Positions 1 through 11,253 are shown, counted from the stretch's first letter. The stretch is 64,000 bases of DNA from Williopsis jadinii (GCA_024346625.1 AP024667.1:682001-746000), one strand, 5' to 3'. Numbers and translations: made by a program. The notes: generated by a model from the letters alone, not told the origin.

Positions 1-516
1 GAGCGAGGAGAAAAAATTCTTACCGAGGTGTGGATGCCCTCGGAACTCACATTTCGTCAGCGGTATCCCGCGCGTCCACATACAAAAGGGCGCTTGAAAA
101 TTCTTCAACTTCTACTCTTTAGCCAACGAGCTCTTTCCCCTTTTCCCTTCTCTATTGTACCAAGAACTCGTATTATTGTAGGGTATCAGTGACTTTTCTT
201 CAAGGCTGCTACTCTCTACAACGAGTTCGAGAGAAGACCATTAACATTGGGTGGTGTTCCTAGCTGGAGCGGGCGTGTGGAAACACTTTGATACGCTATA
301 TCGAAGAGTCTTCCGATGGCGTCATCTCCTTACCAAGGATCGAACATTTTTATACTTTAGCCGTTGAAAAGCTACAGGGCTTTAGAAGAGCATTGTAAAA
401 CTGTCCCATAGTATTGGATAACGGAGATCCGTCTCTCGAACGTGATGAATACAGCGGAAAAAAGCCCTCATAAACTCATAATTTAAACAAAAGAATAACA
501 AACGAAGTATATAATA

Positions 517-1800
517 TTAAGCTGTTTGAGCCTTCTTGGCCTCCTCCTCTTTCTTTCTGGCCGCCTCGTCTTGTCTCTTCAACATAGCGGTGTTCCAACC
601 TTTGATTTCATCACTTTGCTCAACAAAGTGTGCAAATGGGTAGGATGGGAGGGTCTTCAATGGTGTATCCTCAGTAATCAAACCAAGATCGATTTGACGT
701 TGAATGAGACCGTCCAAGTATGGCAAGAGGTGATCTCTCATTGCTGTGAAGTTCTTGTACTTGATGATGTCTTCTGGAGCCTCGTAGAAGATCTTCTTCA
801 ACAAGGATGGGATGAGTGGCTCATCCTTCATCTCCTCGATGGAGTAGTAGACAGGGTGGTTTGTGAAGATAATAGCCTTGGTCTTTGGTAGTCTTCTCAC
901 GGTTTGACGCTCAACACGGATGTTGAACTTACGCTCATCAACGCTCGAATCGACAGTCTCGCCTTTCTTCAAAGCGTAGACGTTGGAACAGAGTAAATTG
1001 TGATCCCAAGTACAGTACCAGGAAGCTCTTTCAACAGGATCAGCAGCAGTGGTCTTTGAGAACCATCTCTCCATGGATTTTTTCAACTTGGACTCGTAGT
1101 ATGGAACCTCAGAGTGGATGAAGTCCAAAGATTTTCCAATCTTATAGCTAATACCGAAAGAGCCACCTGGAAATGGGACAGCAGCAGCAACAAGGTAATG
1201 GTGACCATCTGCACGCTTTTGAACAATATAGAAATCTTCCTTAGCCATCTTGGTGACGTAGATCAGAGGGTGATCTTTCAAAGGCATAGAGAAGTCGAGG
1301 ACTTCGCCAGTCAGTTCGTTCTTAACGTGGACACCGTTGTCCTCGGATGTAAACAACAATGGATATCTCTTCAGCATGTGATCTCTCACTGTCTCCATAA
1401 GCTCGATACAAGCATCTTCAGACTCTGGCAGCCAATCAATGTTATCCTTACCGTATTCGTGGTAGATACGTTCCTTCTCTTGGATGTAATGCCAGTAATA
1501 CTTGTCCATGTCCAACCAGTGGTTAATGTCAAGCTTGAAGATGGACATCGTTTGATGGTATGGCCATCTGAACGGTCTCCATGGTCTGTCATCGTAAGTT
1601 TTGACCTGTTCTGGGGTGATGTACAATGGAGTTGGCTGTGGAGCTTCAGCATCCACATAATAAGCTGCTTTGACTGGAACAGCAGAAGGTGGTTTCTTGT
1701 CAGCAGCAGAACCTGATGACTTGTTTAAAAGTGTTATCAGTGGCTTGTATGCAACAGCTGCAAGCAAAAGAGCCACGAGGACCACGATAACTGGATCCAT
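517..1800 (-). CDS. DUF3445 / heme-dependent oxidative N-demethylase alpha-subunit-like protein with N-terminal hydrophobic anchor
   Basis: The ORF track begins at non-ATG 1833; the first ATG (1800) gives MDPVIVVLVALLLAAVAY. Motifs RPFRWPYHQTMSI, KEDFYIV, IHSEVPYY and RVERQTVRRLPKT match fungal DUF3445 proteins (recalled). Confidence 0.75.
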   Translation of the reverse strand: MDPVIVVLVALLLAAVAYKPLITLLNKSSGSAADKKPPSAVPVKAAYYVDAEAPQPTPLYITPEQVKTYDDRPWRPFRWPYHQTMSIFKLDINHWLDMDKYYWHYIQEKERIYHEYGKDNIDWLPESEDACIELMETVRDHMLKRYPLLFTSEDNGVHVKNELTGEVLDFSMPLKDHPLIYVTKMAKEDFYIVQKRADGHHYLVAAAVPFPGGSFGISYKIGKSLDFIHSEVPYYESKLKKSMERWFSKTTAADPVERASWYCTWDHNLLCSNVYALKKGETVDSSVDERKFNIRVERQTVRRLPKTKAIIFTNHPVYYSIEEMKDEPLIPSLLKKIFYEAPEDIIKYKNFTAMRDHLLPYLDGLIQRQIDLGLITEDTPLKTLPSYPFAHFVEQSDEIKGWNTAMLKRQDEAARKKEEEAKKAQTA

Positions 1801-2812
1801 TTTGAAGGTAGTGCAATAGTCTTTGGTTATCAAGTATACCTCTTAACATCATGTTCACCACAACAAAGGGTGGCTCGTCCCTTTTTATAGATCAACACTG
1901 ATAAACTCAACAGCAGTCCACATGATCCTATGGTTTACCCAAATCTGGCAATGATAGTCCCCCTCTATGTATCTTTAGCACTCATTCTGGCAAAGAAACC
2001 CAGCATTTTATCAGTTGCAAAATGCAGGGACGCTTTTCCCCAATCGGGAAATTTCTTAGTTGATAACACATCTAAACCACACACGAATCGTGAGAGCCTG
2101 AAACGCACACACATAGAGTCAGAGAGGGAAAGGCACATCAGTTATTGGAAACAAAATCGGCCCATTACTAGGGCGAGGCTAATATGTGGTACGCAGTGAT
2201 TGGTGATTGGCAGTTCTCTGATGAACTGATGGTATGGCTTTGAGGTTTTCCTTTGTTGGTGTTATGGCCTTGTTGTTGTATGCTTTTGATGGCTCCTTAT
2301 CGCACTGTTGCGCCTTTTGAATCTCGGTGCGTTTTTCTTGGTTAGTGACACAACGACTAACAAGCTCTGACCGAATTGATCCTGTCCATTAGTCCTGACC
2401 AATGATCCAATGCTGGGGATTATACGTTGGCCAATTGATATAAGGTTTTGTGATTAGGATCGGGGCTGCCACTAAACAGCCATAAGGCTTTTCGGATTAT
2501 ACTCGTTTAAGGTAAAAAGAACACTATTAGGAATCCGAGTATCATTTACTCATTGAGACTCTTAGGGGTACATTTCATTATCGTATCATCAGTTCACCGG
2601 GTTAACAAACCGATATATAATAATGACCCATTCCTTAGATGGTGTAACCGACTAAGGACTTGGTTTTAACTGTGGCCGTAATGGGGACTCCATGACTTCT
2701 ATACAGCATTCTAGGCAATGTGCGCACCAAAATTTTATCGTTTTAGCTTAGTTATATGAAGCAGAGGCCCGTAACACAACCTCTTACAGGTTAAAGGTTA
2801 GGACTTTAAACG

Positions 2813-2880
2813 CATCAGCATAAATTCCAGTACTTCTTTTACAACTCTCTTACCCAATAACACTGCTGTACATCATTGAA
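2813..2880 (-). ncRNA. Possible box C/D snoRNA (position resembles snR65 downstream of RPS14)
   Basis: Minus strand has a C-like box ATGATGT (2876-2870) and a D box CTGA (2818-2815), ~270-330 nt past the RPS14 stop. Guide complementarity is not confirmed and the element is short. Confidence 0.22.
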
Positions 2881-3142
2881 ACGTTACATCACTCCAAGAC
2901 TTTATTTATATCGGGTCTATCAACATAACCATCACCGTGAGATTCAAAATAGCACTAAACCACGCAGTGAATTATTCTACACTCTAGTTTTCAAAGTAAC
3001 GTACAAATTAGAAACTTCTTACATAAAACAAGTTGCAAAGTATATCCCATGAAGCATACTTGAAAGATGCTCTTTGAAACCGATGGATTGATATGATAGG
3101 TAAGTAGTGGTCATGAAAGTTTTTTTGATGATTGTAAACAAA

Positions 3143-3874
3143 TCACAATCTTCTACCACGACGACCACCTTTTCTTCTAGTAGAGTCAGATGGAACTGGG
3201 GTGACATCCTCAATTCTACCAATTCTCAAACCGGATCTAGCCAAAGCTCTCAAAGCGGATTGACCACCTGGACCTGGGGTCTTGGTCTTAGTACCACCAG
3301 TAGCTCTCAACTTGATGTGAACAGCAGTGATACCAACCTCCTTACACTTAGCAGCAACGTCTTGAGCAGCCAACATAGCAGCGTATGGAGAGGACTCGTC
3401 ACGGTCAGCCTTGACCTTCATACCACCAGTAACACGGGAGATGGTTTCCTTACCAGACAAATCGGTAACATGGACGAAAGTATCGTTGAAAGAAGCGAAG
3501 ATTCTGGCAACACCAAAGACTTGGGAGCCATCACGGACTTGAGGACCGAGGGTAACGTTAGCTAATTTGGAAATGTTAGTACTAGTTACAACCTGAAGGG
3601 AAAAATGCATCAAAGAGAAGTCTGCTCGCTGACAGTGCGAGCCGGTTGTAGACACAATTCTTGAATGATAAACCATAGGTCAGTTAAGCTCATTTAGTGC
3701 TTGCTGTTGCATAGCTTTTTCTTTGAAGTCTTTTGTGGTCATATACCCTTCAATAATTGAGCAGAGCTTGAAAAATTTTCGAAATACAATGTTCTCATTC
3801 TTCGTTTTGTCAAACATCCTCGACGACTCTCTTAGCACTGTGTCAGTTGTTACCATGAACATACCAGAAGCCAT
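3143..3874 (-). CDS. RPS14: 40S ribosomal protein S14 (uS11), 2 exons
   Basis: Exon 1 3874-3865 (ATGGCTTCTG); intron 3864-3562 (GTATGT...TACTAAC...TAG); exon 2 3561-3143. Gives [32 protein letters not shown]...[11 protein letters not shown]. Confidence 0.97.
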
Positions 3875-3995
3875 CTTTAGTGATCTGTTGTGTTGGTGAT
3901 GTTTTAACTGTTAACGAGTTCAGAACCATTGAAAAAGTTTTGCGTGAGTTTCAGTCCGAACGACAAACTTTTCGATACGGGGACACATACAGAAA

Positions 3996-4086
3996 CAGGG
4001 CTACATAACCATTTGCGTGGTGACGCGAATATTTTCTTGAAGCCCTATTGATAGGCACGTGATCAGGGCTCCATGTTAAAGTCACA
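3996..4086. promoter_or_regulatory. Divergent RPS14/snR189 promoter with Tbf1-like and Cbf1 sites
   Basis: CAGGGCT 3996-4002, AGCCCTAT 4041-4048, CACGTGA 4056-4062, TCAGGGCT 4063-4070, AAGTCACA 4079-4086. Confidence 0.6.
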
Positions 4087-4094
4087 AACTGGGA

Positions 4095-4270
4095 GAATAG
4101 TTGGACGGAGGGTAGTTCATGTTAGCGTATTAGGATAGTGGTAGTAGTTCAGTATAGCGAGAGTAAATGGCTTATTTCGGTACTTCTGAGGGTCATTGCG
4201 AAGATATTTTAGTTATGTTCTTTCAAAGGTCGTATCATGTATATTGGAAACTCTTTTAGAGTCTACAATA
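4095..4270 (+). ncRNA. SNR189: Box H/ACA snoRNA, probably snR189
   Basis: H box AGAGTA 4160-4165 and ACA 4265-4267 plus 3 nt. The segment GATAGTGGTAGTAGTTCAGTAT resembles the recalled snR189 5' hairpin. S. cerevisiae snR189 lies next to RPS14A. The 5' end is approximate. Confidence 0.6.
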
Positions 4271-4345
4271 CTGACAATGAGTCTACAAGTTGAATGGTCA
4301 TTAAAAGTACAGATTTGATTGTATCTTGTAGTGAAGATATAACGT

Positions 4346-4738
4346 TTAGTAAACGAAACCCAAGATCTTACCAGAGACGTGTTTTCTTCTGGCCTCTTCG
4401 TGGTCCATGATACCAGCAGAAGTGGTCAAGATAACGTAACCGAATTGTCTAGCTGGCAACAAGTTGTCGGTCCACTTCTCAATGTCACCAATTCTAACGT
4501 TGAATCTTGGAGAGATGACACCAACCTTGTTCAAACGACCGTTCAATTGAACAACGATCTTACCGGATCTGTGGTCGTCAATGTACTCGAACTCACCAAT
4601 GTAACCGTGCTTTTGGATAACTTGCAAGAACTTGATGATAACCTTAGAGGATGGTCTGATGATGACCTGTCTCTTACCGGTCTTCTCGGCGTTGTTGATG
4701 GCGTTCAAAGCGTCAGCAAGGACGGATGTTCTAGTCAT
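4346..4738 (-). CDS. RPS22: 40S ribosomal protein S22 (uS8)
   Basis: 130-aa [28 protein letters not shown]...GKILGFVY. Confidence 0.98.
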   Translation of the reverse strand: MTRTSVLADALNAINNAEKTGKRQVIIRPSSKVIIKFLQVIQKHGYIGEFEYIDDHRSGKIVVQLNGRLNKVGVISPRFNVRIGDIEKWTDNLLPARQFGYVILTTSAGIMDHEEARRKHVSGKILGFVY

Positions 4739-4854
4739 TTTGTTTGGTGGTTAGTGTCTCCTCTATTGCACTGCTTAGTGTCCGTGTTGGTTGAAAAATT
4801 TGAAAAATCCATCCAGTGCACAGTGTCTTGATAATGTTGCACAAACCAAACAGG

Positions 4855-4930
4855 AGCCCTAATATCAGGCACATGATGGTCCTGTATAAGCCCTAAGATA
4901 GTTCAAAGTCACATTAGAACATCCGTACAC
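4855..4930. promoter_or_regulatory. Divergent RPS22/RPL39 promoter with Tbf1, Cbf1-like and Rap1 sites
   Basis: AGCCCTAA at 4855-4862 and 4889-4896, CACATGA 4870-4876, AAGTCACA 4906-4913, RPG-box ACATCCGTACAC 4919-4930. Confidence 0.65.
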
Positions 4931-5072
4931 ACATAGTTAAGACCTTAATGCCAACCGCAATTTTTACCGGTTCGGACCACAGACCACACCGAAGAGCCAT
5001 GCAAGTTTTGTGAAAAAGTTCAACACTTCGTTACCAAACACCACAAGATTAAAGACTAGCAAGAAAGTAACA

Positions 5073-5562
5073 ATGCCTGTATGTATCATAAAGAGCCCGT
5101 ACTTTGGATGAGGTATTTGTATTCATTATCAGGAAATACCGTATGCGGAAACGTTTGAGGTCATTTGTGGGAACAGAGATTGAGAGTTGTTCTGCTGAGT
5201 AGAGTTGAACCAAACAGATACAGTCATAAGGTTAAGAACGCAAGTGAAGGAGATACTTTGGCATTATCAACATTTTCGAAGCTTCAAACGGTTGTACACT
5301 AGTGGTTTTGGAGGCGTGAGAAACTGCACAACTCTCGCCCATGGAGCACCCAAATGAATACTTAACCTCCCAAGGAAGAATTCTTGAACATGTGTACTAA
5401 CTCATACTCTAGTCTCAAAAATCTTTCAAGACCAAGCAAAAATTGGCCAAGGCTCAAAGAACCAACCGTCCATTGCCACAATGGATCAGATTGAGAACCA
5501 ACAACACTGTTCGTTACAACGCTAAGAGAAGACACTGGAGACGTACTAAATTGAACATCTAA
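5073..5562 (+). CDS. RPL39: 60S ribosomal protein L39 (eL39), 2 exons; not in ORF track
   Basis: Exon 1 5073-5078 (ATGCCT); intron 5079-5412 (GTATGT...TACTAAC...TAG); exon 2 5413-5562. Gives the 51-aa [51 protein letters not shown]. Confidence 0.97.
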
Positions 5563-5699
5563 GCGGAATGCTACCTTAGAGTTCAATTTATTAATCACAT
5601 CTTTAAAGTAACCTTCTTCTCACTTTGTTTATTTGGATGCTGAAGCTCTTCTGAACTCTTGAAACACAGTTTAATGATCCTCTAAAAGAGGGATAGGAT

Positions 5700-8400
5700 T
5701 GGTATTAAAAGGGGATATCTTGTTGAATTTTTGGCTAAAGAATATACAAAGCATGTACAATGTTATACGGAAACCGAAGTGTAGAAACTAGATCTTATTA
5801 CCGCAGTGTCTGTAGATATAAACCCACGTTCATGAATATACCAGAACTTGAGTTATTAATATAACGTCTTCTATAAACTAGATTATTGGCCGTATGAAAA
5901 GGTTGCCCTGGAAAGTTATGAGCATTGCCTTTTTGTCAGTGGGCTTTCTCATTCCCCCAAAAATGAAAAAAAAATTCAAAGAGAATCTTTCCCAACCGTA
6001 CAAGCTCTTTTCAGAAAGGCAGGAAATGAAAGCACTCACACGGTCTAGTTATTCTTCAGGTGAAGAATTGATGGAGAGCAGGTAAAGATACACATATAGG
6101 AAGCCATGTTCAATATGATGAATGAAGAAAAGAGATAATTTAAGCTAGATAGTATATGATCATTTGTGATTTCAACTCTTGGATTTTATAAAGCTTCTGA
6201 TTGAAAATTTGGCCTCTCCAATGTTGCGTACTTCTCTACTTACTCACCACATAATGACTAGATCTGGATACTATGCAATTTCATGGTTGTCAATCACCTT
6301 TTCCTCTCCCTGAGAATTAGCATGGAGTGGGAATGGTCAGACGTGCAATAACAATATGTGCAGAAATTTTCATCGTCACTATTCATCCGTGAAAATTCTT
6401 CTGAACATTCTCAAATGAATTGTAATCATGGTTTATGATCATTCAGCTTGTCCATGAAACAGTTCGGTAGATGAACGATCACCGAATATGTCGTCTGGAA
6501 CCGTTGAATGATCATCGGGTAGAGCTGTGAGGCGTTATGTGATCGACGATTTGACGTACACCACGGACCATTCGTTTCACTTCAACATACAGGGAATCGT
6601 TCTCTCTGCTTTTGATGAGTACTCAATGGCAACAGTCACATCGTGATCAGAGAGCCATGTACGGTTTGCGCAATTTGTTCTGACCCAGTTCTACAATGCT
6701 GTACCGCTGATCCATATCTCGAGTTCACCGGAATCATCAATATGACCTACAGTCATTCAAGCTTGTACAGTTCTTACCGTGATGATTTTAGTTGTAGTTG
6801 ATAACTGTACGTGCGTGGTATAGTCATTGAATTCGGCTAATTTCTCCACGCAATGTTCAAGAGTTAGGGTTACACAATTGTACAATGGCTATGAATGATC
6901 ATCGTCGTAATCAGCTGATTATTTTAGAATTCCATCCAGGATTAAGTTACCATGGATTCATAGCCATAGTCCGCAAAACACTCTTCGCACAAACACACAT
7001 GAAGGTAAAGGGAAATTACTTAAGTTAACACCCGCTTTTGCAGTTACTAAATGTTGATCAGCCAGCCATTGACCAAGAAGCAGTGCAATCATTTCGCTTA
7101 ATCTTAGGGCCGATTATAGTTTTAATCCACTTTAAAGATCGGCTATGGTCAGGATTGCATGATATACCACGGGCTTAGGATTTGTGAACCTGCTGCGTAA
7201 CATGGCTGTAGATACTCAAAATTAGGAGGTAGTCACGTACAGATATGATCAGTGGTAACTACATCAGACATTACGTTGTGACCAGAGAGCATTGCATGGC
7301 GAGAGCAGTTATACAAGCCTTTGTATTGCAAGAATCGGCAATCTTCTTCGGCGTATGACCTCTGGAGTAAACAGATTAAAGTCAGCATTCAAATATTTTG
7401 GACTTACAGATACTTATTTTCCAAGCCGTGTCTCTCAGGCCCTCAATCCCATACAAGTGTGGTCGAAGGAAGAACGAATGGAAACACTGTAGTTTCCGTT
7501 CAGCCCAACTGTTTACCATGTACCATGAATAGTACGAGTGGTATTGCATGCGATCCACCGTTGGAATTGATGCCTTGGTCTACATGTGCTTCTACTCAAG
7601 GCTATACTCTAATTACTAGACCAAACAAAGGTGCAGACGGACGAAAGCGGTAATCAGAGATAGCACGTTTAATCGTATATGTACAAGAAAGTATGAGTGT
7701 CTTAAACTGTGAAGTGCAAATGTCTTAGACACTAAACATGTCGATGGAATGTTATGTACACCTGCAAATCGAGACGGTATACTTTCGTGGTGCAATTCGA
7801 TTTCTGACCCTGATTCTGATCACAAATGGAAGAAGCTTGACCAAACTTAAACCGCACACTCTGCTGAGTTGTACAAATCAAAAGAACACCGGAACTTACT
7901 ACATTTCAATAAACAAAGAATAACAAAAGCCACTCGAATCAATAACTGCTCAGCTATGGCAGCTCATATCGTTTTATTGTGCTATTCGGTGACCTTACAG
8001 ATCGACACATATGCAAATTGATCCTCAACTAGTTCTGCGTTGTAAGAATGTCGATCCATATGCAACGCCCAGTTGTGTATTACAGTAGGTAACTCAAGTA
8101 ACGAAAGTAATAAAAACTCTAGAACGCTATTAACAGCCACATGATCATAATCAAAGATGGCCATACCCAACAACACAAAAGGCAGTTGATCTGCGGAGAG
8201 GCGCTATGCAGCCTACAGTTACTGTAACAACAAAGCAGTAGGGCGGAATGTAGAGGGGCAACAGGAACAGTGCAGTTGAAAATTGTGATCACAGTTCAGG
8301 ATCAGAATTTTCGCTAGCGAAGATTGTCGTTTCTCGAAAACAAAAGCAAAAAAAAATCAAAACAAATAAATAACAGGGAAACTGTCTCCTTTGCTCAAAC
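5700..8400. other. Long region with no credible gene, enriched in TGATCA/TGTACA palindromes (centromere candidate)
   Basis: Only short, unconvincing ORFs. Ten TGATCA copies between 6157 and 8291. The 13-mer TGAATGATCATCG occurs at both 6505 and 6892. Confidence 0.3.
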
Positions 8401-8775
8401 ATTGGCTTCACTAATAACGAGGCAAGGGACACGCTATTTCTGCACTCCTTGCTATTTTGAAAGGTCAGAACAATACGGGCTGGCTGCTTTTATTAAGAGA
8501 AACCTCAGTTATTGAAATAGGCGGTTACTTGCTCAACAGATCCACGTGAAGCAGGAAAAGAAAACAAACATCGCCGCCGCCTATCTCATCAACTGTTCGC
8601 TTGAATTTATTGTTCCAACGTTCAAGACCTTGACTAGTTGATCGTTCAAGTCACCATCACAGGATACATTGTGTGTGTGACACAGTCAAAGTACTTTGAG
8701 ATTTGGATACTTTCTCTGCGTTTTTTTTGCCACGCTTAAATGATTACGCGTCGCTCACAAGAAATATCAACAAAT

Positions 8776-11253
8776 ATGGAGTCTGATTCTAGTATTCCTC
8801 TGGACTCGAAGAAACGGGTCCTGAGCGAATCAATGCTCTCTCCTCAACTGAAAAGTTCAGCCTATGGATCGTTTGGTGGTGACTGCATGGAGGGAGTACA
8901 AGTAACTCCTAAGCATAAGACCGTGTCCATGTCTTCTCAAGGATCCCAGGGGCTGAGAAGAAGTGTTGGACTCCTGAATCTAAGCATAGAGTCATCGCCT
9001 AAGAGAAATACTTCAAAGTCGAAAATATCTCTTTTGAAACAGAAAGTGTCGGATCAGGAGATGGAGGATACAAATACCGACGTTGAAAACTGGTCACCTT
9101 TCAGAGAACCATCAACCCCTACGATATCTAAGAATCAGCTGAAGAGAGCTGCTAGTAATAGCAGTACTAGCCTTTCGCCTTTTATAAATGACTCACAGAG
9201 ACCGCTCATATTTTCATCCTCGAAGAACAATGGGACACTGGAAGGTGGACGCACTTCGATTCAAACAAAATTGAACAAACTTAGAAAGATGGTGTCTTTG
9301 GATAGAACAAACTTTGGGTCCGAATGTTCACAATCATTACCAAATGCATCAATTCATTATCTTGACAATAAGGAGAACTTGGAATCTCCATCAAATTCAC
9401 CTTCAAAGCATGTGAGACAGAAGCAAAAATTAGATAAGCCAACGAACAAGAACTTGGCTACCTTGACTGCTGAGGAGAAAGAAAACGAATATATCACTCC
9501 AAACTCTTACAAGTTTGTGAAACCTCTTCAGACAGCTTTTATGTCTTCTGGGCTGTTAAGCAAGAAGAATAGAACGCTATCTGAATCCTTCCATCCTCCC
9601 GAAACACCATGCAAAAGACCTCTTCAACTCAATATGCAATCAACAGCGCAGAGGCAAACACTACCATCTTCAAACTTGGCAAATGTCATAACTGCAAGCT
9701 CTCCAATGATTAATGAAAACCCTATCTCAGGATATAACGAAGAAGAATATACCCAAAGCTCACCATATGCCTCCCCATCTGTTAATGCCACCAATAGCAT
9801 CAACTGCAATAACGACTCTAATATTTCGAGGTCTGCTCGTGCACTCAATACGAACGGTCTAAGGGACTGTTTATGGAAATTTGCAAGCGATTTCGATAAT
9901 AGCAACGAGTCAATTTTTGAAGATGATGAACCATCAACTCCAACGAAACTTCGTGCTGCTAAAAAAGCGTTGGTCAGGAACCTCAAACTCGATGTTTCGG
10001 ATATTAGCACAAGTGCAACTTCAGCGGGATCACCGAAGACACCTCATTATAATATGTCTGTGTTTTCTGAATCGAGTGATTTTGCACACCTTTCAAACGT
10101 TCCAAATTCGATAATTGACGATCATTTGACATCGAAATTTGAGAATGTACAATTCGTCGGTTATGGTGAGTTCTCTAACGTTTATGAGATCACTTTCCAA
10201 GGTGTAAAGTATGCTGTGAAGCGTATAAAGACACCGTTCTTAGGACCAAAACGCAGAAAAAGGATATTCGAAGAGGTTGAGTTGTTGAAGACATTGCAAG
10301 AGAACGCTCCAAATGACGGTGAAGGTAAGGAATATGTCATTAACTTCATCAACGAATGGGAGCACAGCGATCTCTTGTATATCATGACAGAGTTCTGTGA
10401 GAATGGACCTCTAGACAAATTTTTAGCTGATAGTGGTAAACTGTCCAAGCTTGACGAATGGAGAATTTGGAAAATCATGGTTGAAATTGCCATGGGTCTG
10501 AAGTATATCCACTCATGTGACATCATGCATTTAGATTTGAAACCTGCAAATATCTTCATTACCTTTGAAGGCTCTCTAAAGATTGGTGATTTTGGAATGG
10601 CTTCCAAGTGTCCTGTCGGCAAAGGATTTGAACGCGAAGGAGACAGGGAATACATCGCACCAGAGATTATCAGTCAATCCAAGTACGATAAACCAGCTGA
10701 TGTGTTTTCATTTGGGTTGATTATGGTTGAGATTGCAGCAAACATTATTCTTCCAGAGAATGGTGTTCAATGGCACAAGTTGAGATCCGGGGATCTGTCC
10801 GAGGCAGGACGGTTGAGCTCTGGCGATCTGAACAACAACCTATTCAACGATTCGATGAACTCCAGAATGTCCACATACTCGTCTCCTTTCAACATCACCG
10901 CCTTGACCGGCTCTTCCTATTCATCTGTGGGTGAAAACTTCAAGAAGTTCCCACCTTGGACGCCCAAGTTCTTAATCGACGGTAAAGGTGCCCTCGACAA
11001 GATTGTCCAAAGGATGATCAACCCAATTCCTGAACAGAGACCTACAGCGTTGGACATCTGTAACACACTAGAGGCACAGTTTGTTGAAACGAGAAGAAAG
11101 GCCGGCGCAGTAATCTACGAAGGGGAGTATGGCCCACAGCCAGACGCCGAGGAGGACGCATTGATGAGTAGCGAAGTCAAGAATCTCAACTTAGGCTTCT
11201 CTTCGCCTCTGATCGCCATCACAAGTGATCTCATGGACCCCGATGAGTGGTGA
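8776..11253 (+). CDS. SWE1: Wee1-family mitosis inhibitor kinase
   Basis: Kinase motifs GYGEFSNVY, HLDLKPANIF, KIGDFG, EREGDREYIAPE; Swe1 box FVKPLQTAFMSSGLLSK. An alternative ATG lies at 8740. Confidence 0.93.
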   Translation: MESDSSIPLDSKKRVLSESMLSPQLKSSAYGSFGGDCMEGVQVTPKHKTVSMSSQGSQGLRRSVGLLNLSIESSPKRNTSKSKISLLKQKVSDQEMEDTNTDVENWSPFREPSTPTISKNQLKRAASNSSTSLSPFINDSQRPLIFSSSKNNGTLEGGRTSIQTKLNKLRKMVSLDRTNFGSECSQSLPNASIHYLDNKENLESPSNSPSKHVRQKQKLDKPTNKNLATLTAEEKENEYITPNSYKFVKPLQTAFMSSGLLSKKNRTLSESFHPPETPCKRPLQLNMQSTAQRQTLPSSNLANVITASSPMINENPISGYNEEEYTQSSPYASPSVNATNSINCNNDSNISRSARALNTNGLRDCLWKFASDFDNSNESIFEDDEPSTPTKLRAAKKALVRNLKLDVSDISTSATSAGSPKTPHYNMSVFSESSDFAHLSNVPNSIIDDHLTSKFENVQFVGYGEFSNVYEITFQGVKYAVKRIKTPFLGPKRRKRIFEEVELLKTLQENAPNDGEGKEYVINFINEWEHSDLLYIMTEFCENGPLDKFLADSGKLSKLDEWRIWKIMVEIAMGLKYIHSCDIMHLDLKPANIFITFEGSLKIGDFGMASKCPVGKGFEREGDREYIAPEIISQSKYDKPADVFSFGLIMVEIAANIILPENGVQWHKLRSGDLSEAGRLSSGDLNNNLFNDSMNSRMSTYSSPFNITALTGSSYSSVGENFKKFPPWTPKFLIDGKGALDKIVQRMINPIPEQRPTALDICNTLEAQFVETRRKAGAVIYEGEYGPQPDAEEDALMSSEVKNLNLGFSSPLIAITSDLMDPDEW

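Noticed and set aside
1..410. Coding-like + strand stretches at the window start
   Set aside because: All three + frames are interrupted by stops and no protein is recognisable. It may be a decayed gene or flank but cannot be called without upstream sequence.
526..1716. Long antisense ORFs over the DUF3445 gene, with similar ones over RPS14, RPS22, SED5, SDH2, PNP1 and LST4
   Set aside because: These are shadow ORFs caused by codon bias on the opposite strand and have no motifs of their own.
3562..3676. N-terminal extension of the 177-aa RPS14 ORF
   Set aside because: It lies inside the intron; the true start is the 10-nt exon at 3874.
7292..8515. Short ORFs in the RPL39-SWE1 gap
   Set aside because: They are 61-110 aa, mostly with non-ATG starts and no recognisable domains. 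No gag/pol or transposase motifs.
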